Sequence record: NZ_AP023325.1
Length of the DNA: 44,333 nucleotides
Reading direction: 5' to 3' (one strand)
Source of the DNA: a plasmid
A program made the position numbers and the translations under genes. The notes below the pieces were generated by a model. That model had not been told where the DNA came from, made no database searches, and worked only from the letters and a program-made list of their open reading frames with translations. This document shows positions 7,402 through 17,844 of the stretch, piece by piece (position 1 is the first letter of the stretch; every line of letters begins with the position of its first letter).

Positions 7402-10341
7402 CTATCGGCTCATGCCCCGGTCGCGCTGCCGATCGCCGCAGTCTATCGATGCCGCCAGCGCGTCGCCGATCGACCGCTCGCGCTGCATGTCCAGCTTCAG
7501 CTCGGGCGCGCGTCGGCGCAGTGCGGATTCGAGCTGTGGATCGCGTGCAAGCCCGCCGGCCGCCTTCTCCATGCGTGCCTGCATCCGCTCCGCGCCGGCA
7601 CTGTCGCCGTTCCGCTCCAGCCCGGCACGCTGCCGCTGCATCGTCTGCCAGCCTTCGACAAACCGATCGGCGCGCGCGTCCGGATCGAGCCGGACACGCT
7701 GTTCCTCGGCCATCGCCCGAACCGCGCCGCCCGTGTTCCCGCTCGCCGCCTGCTCGATCAGTTTGGGATCGCGCTGCATCGCGGATGCGAGGTCGCGCGC
7801 CGCATCGGGCCGGGTCGCGTCCAGCGCCTCGATCGCGCGGCGGGCCGCCGTTTCCTGATGCGGCAGCACCGGCAGTCCCTGATCCTTCATCCGCCGCACG
7901 TCGGCCGCGACGCGGGCATAGTCGCGGATCGCCCTGGCCTGGTCGGGACGGGCATCGCGCGATCCCACGCTGATCGCCGCACCCCCGCGCTCGGCCGCCG
8001 GCGCCTTCTCCGCCATAGGCTTCGGCCGGAACCCGGCGAATATGCCGCGCGCCTTGTCACGGACCTTCTCGACCACCTGGCGCGCGAGTTCCGGGAACCG
8101 GATCTCGCGCCGGTCGGCGAAGGCGCGGGCATGATCCTGTTCGCTGCGATCGGGCGCATAGTCACCGGCCATGTCCTTGCCGCGGTCGCGCGACAGCACG
8201 CGCGCGAGCTTGCCCTGATCGGCGAAGTCGTCGCGGCCGTAATGAAGCTGCACGCCGTCGCGATGCCGCGACAGCCCGACATAGCCGCTGTGCCGGTCCA
8301 TCCCCGGCGTCGCGAGGACATGGGCGCGATCGACGGTGACGCCCTGCGACTTGTGGAAGGTGGCGGCATAGCCGTGATCGACCGCGGCATAGTCCTTCGC
8401 CGCGAACGTCACCTCGCGCCCACCGTCGAGCCGCACCGTCATGCCCTCCGGCGTCACCCGCCCGATCGTTCCCAGCGTGCCGTTCTTCACCCCCAGCGAC
8501 CGCTCGTTCCGCAGGAACATCAGGCGGTCGCCCGCCGCGAAGTCGCGATGGCCCCGGTCGGACGCGAACGCCACATCCTCGCCCAGCTCGCCGTTCGCGC
8601 GAAGCCGGTCCCGCGCCTCCCCGTTCAGCTCGCGGACCTCGGCATTGGTGTGGGTGAGAATGATGCGGGTCTTGTCGGGATCGGCGCGGCGCTGGCGATC
8701 CCATCCGTCCACGAGGCTTTCCCGCGCCTGCTCGCGCGTGTCGGCCGCGTGGACCATACCGTGCGCGGCATAGGCGTCCAGCGCCTCGGCCGTGCGACCC
8801 GTGGCGAGCGCCCGCGTCGCGTCCTTCTGCCAGTCCTCGCGCTGCCGGCGAACCTCGGTGATCTCGGCCGCGCCGTGCCGCTCGGTGATCGACCGGAACG
8901 CCGCCCCCGCCTCGATCGCCTGCAACTGCTCGGGGTCGCCCACCAGCACAACTTTCGCGCCGGCGTCACGGGCATGGGACAGCACCCGCTCCATCTGGCG
9001 GGTGCCGATCATGCCCGCCTCGTCGACGACCAGTACGTCCTTCGGGCCGAGCTGATCGCGCCCCTGCGCCCAGCCATGCTCAAGGCTGGCGATGGTACGT
9101 GACCGGATGCCCGATCCGTCTTCCAGATTCTCGGCCGCGATCCCCGACAGCGCCGCCCCGCGCACCTGATAGCCCTCGCGTTCCCATGCCTCGCGCGCGA
9201 CGCCCAGCATCGCCGACTTGCCGGTGCCGGCATAGCCGACGACCGACGCCACCCCTTCGCGTCCGGTGATATGGTCGAAGGCGTCGCGCTGCTCGCCCGA
9301 CAACACCAGCCCCCGCCCCTCGGCCGCGCCGATCGCGGCGTCACGCTGCCGATCGCCGACACCATGATCGCCGCGCCGTACCAGCTCGTCGCCGGCGCGC
9401 TCCAAGCGCGCCTCTGTCGCGATCATGTCACGGGAGGTGAACCGCTCCTGGTCGCGACCGTCCTTCCCCAGCGCCACCAGCTCGGGGCTGGCGCGCACCG
9501 CCGCCATCACCCGGTCGAACTGCTCCTTGCCGTCCGAATGCCGGAACGCGAATGTCGCGAGGTCGCGGGTGGTGAACGTCGCCTGCTGCCGGGCGATACC
9601 GTCCAGCGCGTGACGCGGATCGGCGATGATCTTCTCGCCATTCTCGCGCGCGATGCGGGCGTGATCCTCGATCCGCTCCGCTTCCAACCCCTGCTCCGGT
9701 CGCCGCGACGCGGCCGGGCCGATCTTGTGCTGCGGCTCCAGCGCGATGCCTTGGTCGGCATAGGAACGGTGGTCGATCCGACCCTCCAGCCCCAGCTCCG
9801 CCATGCGCTCGTTGACATGGGCGCTCCACGCCTCGCGCCATTCCTTCAGCAGCTCGGTGCCGTTCCAGTCGCGGTTCTTCTGTCCGAATCCCTCCGGCCC
9901 CACGTCGCGCATCGACAGCATGACATGCGCGTGCGGCTTCGGGCTGCCGTCCTTCGCCTTGTCCCAATGCACGTTGAGGTCCGCGACCATCCCGCGCTTC
10001 ACGAACTGCTCTTTCACGAAGTCGCGGGCGAGCGCGATGCCCTGTTTTTCGCTCATCTCGCGCGGGATCGAGAACTCCACCTCGCGGGCGAGCTGCGCGT
10101 CCTTGCGTTTCTCCCCCGCCTCCACCTCGTTCCAGAGCGTGGTGCGGTCGTTTAAACGCTCCGGCGCGCCCTGCGGCAACATCACCTCGGAATGGATGAC
10201 GCCGGCCTTGTTCGAGAAGTCGTGCGATCGTCCAAGCCGCTGGTCGGGAAGCTCGGATGCGGAGCGATAGGCAGCGGACGCGATGGCGCTGGAGCCGTTC
10301 GCGCGGCTGATGACCTTGGCGCTGAAATGGTAGATCGCCAT
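7402..10341 (-). CDS. traA: Ti-type conjugative relaxase/helicase TraA (MobQ-type MobA/MobL relaxase N-domain plus a RecD-like helicase). No frameshift.
   Basis: MAIYHFSAKVISR…AYRSAS relaxase motif. Helicase Walker A GYAGTGKS. Start at internal Met 20 of the 998-aa ORF. Confidence 0.85.
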   Translation of the reverse strand: MAIYHFSAKVISRANGSSAIASAAYRSASELPDQRLGRSHDFSNKAGVIHSEVMLPQGAPERLNDRTTLWNEVEAGEKRKDAQLAREVEFSIPREMSEKQGIALARDFVKEQFVKRGMVADLNVHWDKAKDGSPKPHAHVMLSMRDVGPEGFGQKNRDWNGTELLKEWREAWSAHVNERMAELGLEGRIDHRSYADQGIALEPQHKIGPAASRRPEQGLEAERIEDHARIARENGEKIIADPRHALDGIARQQATFTTRDLATFAFRHSDGKEQFDRVMAAVRASPELVALGKDGRDQERFTSRDMIATEARLERAGDELVRRGDHGVGDRQRDAAIGAAEGRGLVLSGEQRDAFDHITGREGVASVVGYAGTGKSAMLGVAREAWEREGYQVRGAALSGIAAENLEDGSGIRSRTIASLEHGWAQGRDQLGPKDVLVVDEAGMIGTRQMERVLSHARDAGAKVVLVGDPEQLQAIEAGAAFRSITERHGAAEITEVRRQREDWQKDATRALATGRTAEALDAYAAHGMVHAADTREQARESLVDGWDRQRRADPDKTRIILTHTNAEVRELNGEARDRLRANGELGEDVAFASDRGHRDFAAGDRLMFLRNERSLGVKNGTLGTIGRVTPEGMTVRLDGGREVTFAAKDYAAVDHGYAATFHKSQGVTVDRAHVLATPGMDRHSGYVGLSRHRDGVQLHYGRDDFADQGKLARVLSRDRGKDMAGDYAPDRSEQDHARAFADRREIRFPELARQVVEKVRDKARGIFAGFRPKPMAEKAPAAERGGAAISVGSRDARPDQARAIRDYARVAADVRRMKDQGLPVLPHQETAARRAIEALDATRPDAARDLASAMQRDPKLIEQAASGNTGGAVRAMAEEQRVRLDPDARADRFVEGWQTMQRQRAGLERNGDSAGAERMQARMEKAAGGLARDPQLESALRRRAPELKLDMQRERSIGDALAASIDCGDRQRDRGMSR

Positions 10342-10511
10342 CGTGCTTCTGTTTCTACCATTCTGAGCGCACGTCGGCAACGACGTATAAGCGCGCACTC
10401 ACGATCTGCTGCGCATCTCCTGATTGACTTGATTGCACTTTCTGATCGTGGTTGCTCTCCCCTACCGGTTTGCTAGATTGATGCAGGTTGGATGCGGAAG
10501 ATGGAGGCACC
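10342..10511. promoter_or_regulatory. oriT: oriT region between divergent traA and traC. Contains the hairpin CGTCG-gcaa-CGACG (10372-10385) next to a nic-like sequence TATAAGCGCGCAC (10386-10398). On the other strand this reads AGTGCGCGCTTATACGTCG, resembling the Ti/RSF1010 nic core.
   Basis: Seen in sequence. Position between divergent relaxase and traCD genes. Confidence 0.55.
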
Positions 10512-10838
10512 ATGCGCAAGGTGCGGGATTACGATGCGGAACTGAAGGCGCTGGAGGACAAGGCACGCGGGCTGAAGGCGCGGCGCGTCGAACAGCTCGG
10601 GACGCTCGTCACCTCTACCGGGGCCGATGCGCTCGACCTCGAAACGCTTGCCGGCGCGCTGCTCGATGCCGTCGCGTCCAAGGATACCGGTGCGAAGGAG
10701 GCGTGGCGCGCGAAGGGTGCCGCCTTCTTTCAGCGGCGCGGGCGCAAAGGTTCACGAAAGGCTAGCAGCGACGGCGACGGCGGGATGCCGCAACCGGGCG
10801 CTGATCCTGCGCCTGGAAGCGACGCGGCGTCGAACTGA
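10512..10838 (+). CDS. traC: Conjugal transfer protein TraC (Dtr accessory).
   Basis: Small, coiled-coil and alanine-rich. GGAGG SD 7 nt before the ATG. Position and order match Ti traC. Confidence 0.6.
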   Translation: MRKVRDYDAELKALEDKARGLKARRVEQLGTLVTSTGADALDLETLAGALLDAVASKDTGAKEAWRAKGAAFFQRRGRKGSRKASSDGDGGMPQPGADPAPGSDAASN

Positions 10839-10854
10839 TACGCGGGGCTGGGTC

Positions 10855-11082
10855 GTGCAACGTCGCGAGCGTACCCGTCACCTGATCGAGCTGGGCGGCC
10901 TCGTCCAGAAGGCCGGGCTGGTCGACCTCGCCGACGACGATCGGGCGACCATCTACGGCGCGCTGCTGGAGCTGGTTGGACGTGCACGGAACGACGCTGC
11001 CGGCGATGCGCTGGCGCTCTGGAAGCGACGCGGCAGGCGGGCATTCGATGCGGAAGCGGAAGCATCGGAGACGACGGCATGA
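10855..11082 (+). CDS. traD: Conjugal transfer protein TraD (start uncertain, GTG).
   Basis: RRERTRHLIELGGLVQKAGL motif typical of Ti TraD. Confidence 0.55.
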   Translation: MQRRERTRHLIELGGLVQKAGLVDLADDDRATIYGALLELVGRARNDAAGDALALWKRRGRRAFDAEAEASETTA

Positions 11083-11462
11083 ACCGGCCGATCGTCGAGC
11101 GGATCGTCGTCGGTGTGCTGGTCGCCGGCTTCGCGATCGGCACCATCACGCACACCCTCCATCTCGTTCATGTCGGGTGGATCGTGTTCAATGACGCGCC
11201 GGTCTGGATGAACATCTATTGGACCGCATTGACCGGACTCGATCCGCTCGCCGCGGTGCTGCTGATCTGGCGGCGTCCGGTCGGGCTGGCGCTCGGCGCT
11301 GCCATCATCCTGAGCGATGTCGCGATCAACAGCCATGCCCTCTACGGGCTTGGCCTGCCCTTCGGATTCCTGTCGCTCCAGCTCCAGACCCTGTTCTGCG
11401 GATTCCTGCTCGGCGCAGCCGGGTTCCTGACAAGGAGACACCTTGATGCCGTTGGACGTTGA
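11079..11462 (+). CDS. Small 4-TM membrane protein, hypothetical.
   Basis: ORF track. Hydrophobic helices. Translationally coupled within the traCDG operon. Confidence 0.45.
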   Translation: MNRPIVERIVVGVLVAGFAIGTITHTLHLVHVGWIVFNDAPVWMNIYWTALTGLDPLAAVLLIWRRPVGLALGAAIILSDVAINSHALYGLGLPFGFLSLQLQTLFCGFLLGAAGFLTRRHLDAVGR

Positions 11463-11727
11463 GGCGGTCAGGGCGGAGGTCCGCGCGCTGAATTACGTGC
11501 GCGGCACATCGGAGGAAGCCGCCGACTGGCGTCGCGCCGATGCGGACGCGCGCCACAACAACGTCATTGAGGGGCTGGAGTTCTCGTCGGCCGAGGACGC
11601 GCTGTTCGACATGCTGCGTGACGAGGCGGTGCCGCCCGAGCTGGCTACGCGGATCGTCCTCAAACTGATGGATCATCCCGACGCCGATCGGAGCCTCGCG
11701 ATCACGTCTGTCGGAATGGGCTGGTAA
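11443..11727 (+). CDS. Hypothetical 94-aa protein. Its TAA stop overlaps the traG ATG.
   Basis: ORF track. taATG overlap. Confidence 0.4.
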   Translation: MMPLDVEAVRAEVRALNYVRGTSEEAADWRRADADARHNNVIEGLEFSSAEDALFDMLRDEAVPPELATRIVLKLMDHPDADRSLAITSVGMGW

Positions 11728-13025
11728 TGCCGCCCCGCCGGATCGGGCCGCTCTGGGCGCTGCTGATCGCCTTCGTCGTCCTGATGGCGAGCAATAACTG
11801 GCTCAAGGGCATCTTCGGCGTCGGCGAGATTGCGACCGACGTGCCGTTCCTGCTGACCGGCCTGACCCTGTTCGGCATCTGGAAGTTCAACCGCCGCGGC
11901 GGCAATCGCAACACGCTGATGGGGTCGGCTCGCTTCGGCGACCGGCGCGACCTGGCGAAGCTGGAAGGATCGGGCGACCTCATCATCGGCCGGTCGGGTC
12001 GGAACAACAAGCTGCTGCGCTACGATGGCGTGGCGCATCTGCTGACGATGGCCCCCACCCGGTCGGGTAAGGGGGTCGGCACGATCATCCCCAACCTGCT
12101 GCTGCTCGATCGCTCGGTGATCTGCATCGACCCCAAGGGCGAGAATGCCCGCGTCACGGCCCGCACGCGGGCCAGCAAGGGCGATGTGTGGTGCCCGGAC
12201 CCCTTCGGCGTTTCCGGGCGTCCTGCGGCCCGCTACAACCCGCTGGCGTGGCTCGACGCGACCAGCCCGGACCTCGCGGAAGATGCACAGACGGTCGCCG
12301 ACGCGCTGGTCCACGATGCAGCCGGACAATCGGGCGAGGCGCACTGGAACGAGGAAGCCAAGGCGCTCATCGCCGGCATCATCCTGCACACCGTTGTCCA
12401 CGAACCCATGTCCCGCGCCACGCTGGCGACGGTGCGTGACAAGCTCACGCGCGATCCCGCCGGTTTCGCCGCGCTGCTCGCCGAAATGCAGGCCAGCACC
12501 GGCGCACATGGCCTGATCGCGCGCGCCGCCAACCGCCACCTCGGCAAGTCCGATCGCGAGGCCGCCGGCGTGCTGTCGTCCGCCCAGCGCCACACCCATT
12601 TCCTCGACAGCCCGCGCATCGTGGACAGCACGTCGGCGTCCGATTTCCGGTTCGCGGACCTGAAGGAGCGGCCGGGCACCGTGTTCCTGTGCCTGCCGCC
12701 CGACCGACTCGACACCTATGCTCGCTGGCTTCGGCTGCTGGTCGCCCGTGCCGTCACCGACATGGCGCGCTCCCCTGCCCGGCCGGACAAGCCGGTGCTA
12801 TTCCTGCTCGACGAGTTCGCCGCGCTTGGCCGTCTCGATCCGGTTGAGCGCGCGATGGGGCTAATGGCGGGTTACGGGATGCAGCTCTGGCCGATCCTCC
12901 AGGACATGCACCAGCTCAAGGCCACCTATGGTGAGCGCGCCGGCACCTTCATGTCCAACGCCGGCGTGATCCAGACGTTCGGGGTCAACGATCTTGCCAC
13001 CGCCGACATGCTGTCGCGTACTATC
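11727..13025 (+). pseudogene. traG: traG/virD4 coupling-protein gene, 5' portion. Walker A-type region and LFLLDEFAALG motif. Cut at 13025 by transposon 2.
   Basis: TraG/VirD4 motifs. Reading-frame continuity with 20866-21111 once the insertion and one CTATC copy are removed (SRTI|GDTTIEYE). Confidence 0.8.
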
Positions 13026-13146
13026 GGGGCACCTCAAGGTTTGTCATATGGACAGCGGCAGTCGGAACAAATGGTCAACAAAAGCCTGAGCGTTGCCGCA
13101 AAGTATATTAAGTTTCGTGGGTTTGTGAGGTTGGACGAGTTGGAAG

Positions 13147-13770
13147 TTACCGGATCACCTCTCGTGATGTTTCACCCGCGGAGCTCGTAGTAGACGATCT
13201 GCCATCCATTCTTGGGACCGCGCCACTGGGTGATCTGAAAGCTATGGGCTTGTGCAGACCCGTCCAGACGCGGCTACTCCACCGTAGCGTTTCATCGTAA
13301 CTGCTTCCGGACGATAACGCACCCGCTATGCGCCGAATGGGCAGCTTGGCGGGGAGCCTGCGGATGCGTCGGCCATCGTTGCCGACAAAGATAACGTCTT
13401 CGGCCACGCTTCGTCTTGGAACAGCCAACCAGTCGACCTGTTTGCCGGCCTGCTCCTGTCGCAAAACAGACGCGATCTCTTTCGCATCGCTAACGGCTTG
13501 GATTTGGAGCTGTTCATTGGTGAGTTTTGCCGAGCACTCAGGTTCGATCGCTTGTAAACTTTCTGCCGCTAATGCCTTCGATCCATCCCGACGATAGTCG
13601 TCGATTTCCCAGCGCCACCCCTCAGCACTGTTCCGCCAAAGCGTCTTATATGATCCAACTCGATTTCCGCCATCGTACAGCCCGCCGATAACAACTGCCG
13701 ACCCGCTCGGATCACAGGACGGAAAGACAAGTTCGGGTCTGCGCTCGGCATGGCTCTCGACACTCATCAT
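13147..13770 (-). CDS. Hypothetical protein in the low-GC cargo segment of transposon 2 (start taken at MMSVESH).
   Basis: ORF track. GC content clearly lower than the surroundings. No recognisable family. Confidence 0.35.
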   Translation of the reverse strand: MMSVESHAERRPELVFPSCDPSGSAVVIGGLYDGGNRVGSYKTLWRNSAEGWRWEIDDYRRDGSKALAAESLQAIEPECSAKLTNEQLQIQAVSDAKEIASVLRQEQAGKQVDWLAVPRRSVAEDVIFVGNDGRRIRRLPAKLPIRRIAGALSSGSSYDETLRWSSRVWTGLHKPIAFRSPSGAVPRMDGRSSTTSSAGETSREVIR

Positions 13771-14025
13771 TGTGAGCCACCACCTTCGGCTACTCTCGGC
13801 TACTCTCGGCTGCTTGCAACATGCTGGCCACAGATGGAGAGCGCGCGGTTTCGGGCGCATGTTGTATTGGCCAGGGGTCGCTTTGTGGACCGAAACTGCG
13901 TGCCGCTGCCTGACGGCCACTGGCAAGTACAGCTTCCGAGTAGGCCCGCTCCGCCTCCAGCGCGGAATTCGGCGAACTTGCCGCTAGTAGAAGCGCGAAG
14001 ATCATGGCGAAATCCTACTCCTCAA

Positions 14026-14605
14026 TCAACGTGTCGAGCGATGTACGGGCATCTGCGCCGGATGGTTGAGCGCCCGATAGAGCGTGGCATGATGACACTT
14101 CAGCAGCTTCGCCGCTTCGCGCACCGATGTGCCTTCGCCGACGAGACGCTGTCCGAGCGCGATCTGGTCCGGAGTGAGCTTGGGCTTACGCCCGAACTTC
14201 ACGCCGCGCGCCATGGCTGCCGCGCGGCCGGAACTGGTACGCTGGTGGATCAGCTCGCGCTCGAACTCCGCGATGCCGGCGAACACGGTGAGCACCATGC
14301 GTCCCGCAGGCGTGGTCGTGTCGGCCCGTGGCTCGGCGAGCGAGCGCAGCCCCGCTCCCGCCTCGTTCAGCTTCTCGGCGATGTCGAGCAGGTCGCGCGT
14401 CGACCGCGCTAGGCGATCGAGCCGGGTGACCACAACCACGTCGTCGTCGCGCAGCTGCTCCAGCATCCGGTCGAGTTCCGGTCGGGCGCGCTTGGCGCCG
14501 GACACCTTCTCCTCGAATGTCCGCCGGCATCCGGCCGCCTTCAGTGCCGTCTTTTGAAGCGTGAGATCCTGATCGTCGGTAGATACGCGCGCATAGCCGA
14601 GGAGC
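14026..14605 (-). CDS. Serine recombinase (resolvase/invertase family), intact.
   Basis: MLLGYARVSTDDQDLTLQ…, catalytic Ser motif, C-terminal HTH. Confidence 0.8.
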
Positions 14606-14718
14606 ATGTCGCAGATGTGCATTGGAACACGGCTGATTAGCAACAGACATTTGCGACAGCGTCCGCCCTCGTGTGTAAACGCTCGCGCTAAATGGCGGCG
14701 TTCTGATCGCGCTATTTG

Positions 14719-15700
14719 TCAGTTGCCGGGTCCGATGACGAGGCAATCGCGCGCGGCCTGAACGATGTCAGCGGTGACCTCCTCGACGCGGTTGAGGGTC
14801 ATGATCCGCCGCATCTGCGCGAACAGGCGCTCCATGAGCCGGAAGTTGCCGCGCGTGATGCGGATCACGGCTGCCTGCGCTTCGATCGCGTCGAGTTGGG
14901 CCGGGTCGAAGCTGATCCCGAAATCGCCGGCGTGGGTCGCGAGCAGCAGCCGCATTTCGGTCTCGGTAAGCGGTTTGAACTCGTGGACGAAGCCGATCCG
15001 CGAGTAGAGCTGGGCATAGCGGGCGAGGCGCTTCTCCAAGCCCGGCATACCCATCAGGATCAGCCCGAAGCCGTGGCGATCGGCCATGTCGCGGAGATGT
15101 TCGAGCGACTTTATGGTCAGGCGGTCGGCCTCGTCGACGATGACGAGGGGGCAGGCGATGCGGGCGGCGTCATGGGTGATTTCGTCCTGCGAGCCGCCCG
15201 CGACCGTCAGCCGGGCATAGCCCAGCTTAATGAGGTTGAGGCCCAACACCGCGTCGATCGTCTTGGGCGTGTTGCTGACCGACACGGTGTAGAAGACGGC
15301 GCGGCAGCGAGCGACCTTTTCGCCAAGGAGCGCGGCAATGGGACGGAGCGCGGCATATTCCCCGTGTCGGGGAAGCTGGAAAACTCGCGCGCCGATCGCG
15401 TCTTTCCGACGCCCGGCCGGCCATGACACACGCCGATATAGCGGTAGTGCGCGCAGGCTTCGGCAAACTCGACGAACCGGGCATGTTCGCGGGTCGCCGG
15501 AACGGCTGCTCGACCAGGAACTCAATCGTCAGCGGCGTAGAGCCGGAGCCCTCGGTAGGTGGTGGGCCGGGAAGCCGTATCCTCTTGGTCGCCATCGAAG
15601 GTCTCCGTGGGGGCAGGCACCTGCTTGTCGCGCTCCTTCGCGCCGCGCCGGGCGCGCTGGATCGCGCGCAACGACGGGTGCCCAGCGTGCTCGGAGCTGA
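14719..15700 (-). CDS. tniB: TniB-like AAA+ transposition ATPase (Tn402/Tn5053 family), frameshifted.
   Basis: Walker A GRPGVGKTRSAREF in one frame and Walker B LVIVDEADRL in another. Confidence 0.65.
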
Positions 15701-16996
15701 GCGCACGGCAGACGAACCGGCCCTGGTAGACGTGGATCTCGGTCAGGTCGCGGGGTCATAGACCGCCTCGACCTGCTCGCCGACGAAGGCCGCGAGCGTG
15801 GGTTCGACATAGCGCCTGCCCATCAGACGGATGCCGTCGCGCAGCACTTTACGGGGCTTGGGCACGTGCACGAGCAGCATGTCGAGCTGTTCAAGGCTGT
15901 CGGGCATTGCGGGCAGGAACCCGCCCTTCTGCCAGCGCGTGATCGGCGGTTCGCCGGTGCTGCCATGCGGGCGACGATGATAGACGCCGCACACGAACGC
16001 CTCGAAGCGGGCGCGCAGCTCGTCGAGCGTGAGCACTGGCGCCGACAGCGGCTTGCCCGCGATCAGGTGGCCGGGCAGGTCGGGCAGGAACATGTCGTTG
16101 ATGGTGCGGAACAGCCGCTCGATCTTGCCGCGCCCGCGAGGACGCCCCGGCAGCGAATGGATGAGGCGGATTTTGAGGGCGATGCACGCCTGCTCGATAT
16201 GCTCGGAGATGAAATCCGAGCCGTTGTCGACGTAAAGCTGTTCGGGAATGCCGCTGACGATCCATTCGGGATTGGGCTTGCGCCAGATCGCCTGCCGCAA
16301 GGCGAGCGCCGTGTTGAGGGCACTGGGGGCATCGAGGCTGAGGAAGTAACCGGCGATGGCTCGGCTGTGATCGTCAACGATGACGGTCAGCCAAGGACGC
16401 ACCGGGGTTCCGGCATCATCGAGCACGAGAATGTCGAGAACGGTATGATCGGCCTGCCACATCTCGTTCGAGGTCGCGGCTTCGCGCCGATGCACTAGCT
16501 CGTGCTGGTCGCGGTAGACGGCCGGATCGGAGGCTGCGGCGATCTGGCTTGCCGGTATCGCCCTGACGACACGCGCGACGGCCGCATAGCTGGGGGTTCG
16601 GTGTCCATGCGCGATGGCGAGTTCCTGCACCTTTCGGTGAATGGCGGCGACCGGGGGTCGCGGGCGCTTGGTGGCGAGAGTGCGGGTCAGTTCGACCAGA
16701 TGTTCCGGCAGGTGCAGCCTGCCCCGATCGTTGCGCGGCAGACGCGCGAGACCGGCAAGTCCTTCGGCACGGTAGCGCCCGAGCCAGCGCTGCAACGTCC
16801 GCTCGCTCAGCGTGCCGGTGCGGGCGAGGTCCGCGAGCGGGATGCCATCGGCGAGGTGCGGTTCAAGGACGCGGTAGCGCTCGATCGCCAGCGGCGGGAC
16901 AAGCGCCGGATGCGTCACCGCCGACGGTCCGTGTCGCAGGTAAGGAAAACGGAGATTTGCCTGCCCATCGCCATGCGAGTCCGCTCGCGTTGCCAA
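15530..16996 (-). CDS. tniA: TniA-like DDE (Mu-type) transposase, 3' frameshift.
   Basis: DDE core WQADHTVLD…VIVDDHSRAIAGY…YVDNGSDF. Confidence 0.7.
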
Positions 16997-17109
16997 ACCG
17001 GCCTGTTCGACGTAAATCTACCCGGTAAAGAAAACTAGGGCAACATAGACCTGCCGATGACGACTTTCTTCCCAAACCGCGCCCGATCGGGGCGCCACCG
17101 GCCCTACGC

Positions 17110-17681
17110 ATGAAAATCGGTTACGCCCGCGTATCGACCGCCGAGCAGAACCTGGACCTCCAGCGTGATGCGCTGAAGGCTGCCGGCTGCGAGAAGGTCA
17201 TCACCGACAAGGCCTCCGGGGCGACTGCCGCTCGCCCCGGATTGGAAAAGGTGAAGGAGCTGCTTCGCGCCGGCGACACACTGGTGGTCTGGCGCCTCGA
17301 CAGGCTCGGCCGCTCGCTCCGTGATCTGATCGGATGGATGACCTACCTCGACGAGGAAAAGGTCGGGCTGCTGAGCCTGCACGAGGCGATCGACACGACC
17401 ACCACGTCGGGCAAGCTTACCTTCCACCTGTTCGGGGCATTGGCGGAGTTCGAGCGCAACCTGATCCGCGAGCGGACCCGGCCGGTCTCACCGCAGCCCG
17501 CGCTCGCGGCAAGAAGGGTGGCCGGCCGGCCGCACTCGGCAAGGACAAGCGCGACCTGGCCGTCAGGCTCTACCACGAGAACACGATGCCGATCGCCAAG
17601 ATTTGCTCGATGCTCGGCATCTCCAAGCCAACACTCTACGCCTATGTGCGATCGGCCGAGACCAAGCCGGTAGCCGCGTAG
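17110..17681 (+). CDS. tnpR: Serine resolvase (probable tnpR of transposon 2), 1 frameshift ~17485.
   Basis: MKIGYARVSTAEQNLDLQ… plus an HTH tail in a second frame. Confidence 0.75.
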
Positions 17682-17844
17682 CGACGCTCGCCGACAAATA
17701 GCGCGATCAGAATGCCGCCACTTAGCGCGAGCGTTTACACCTCGTGGCGTGACCGGTCAGGGCCGCTGTCACGAAACTTGAGAGTTACGCGACACCTCGC
17801 ACGTGTCGGCCATAAACTATACGCTCCCGGACAGGGGGTGATCG

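Noticed and set aside
6568-9102. 844-aa ORF on the plus strand
   Set aside because: Antisense to the well-supported traA gene. Arg/Ala/Pro-rich composition typical of spurious high-GC antisense ORFs.
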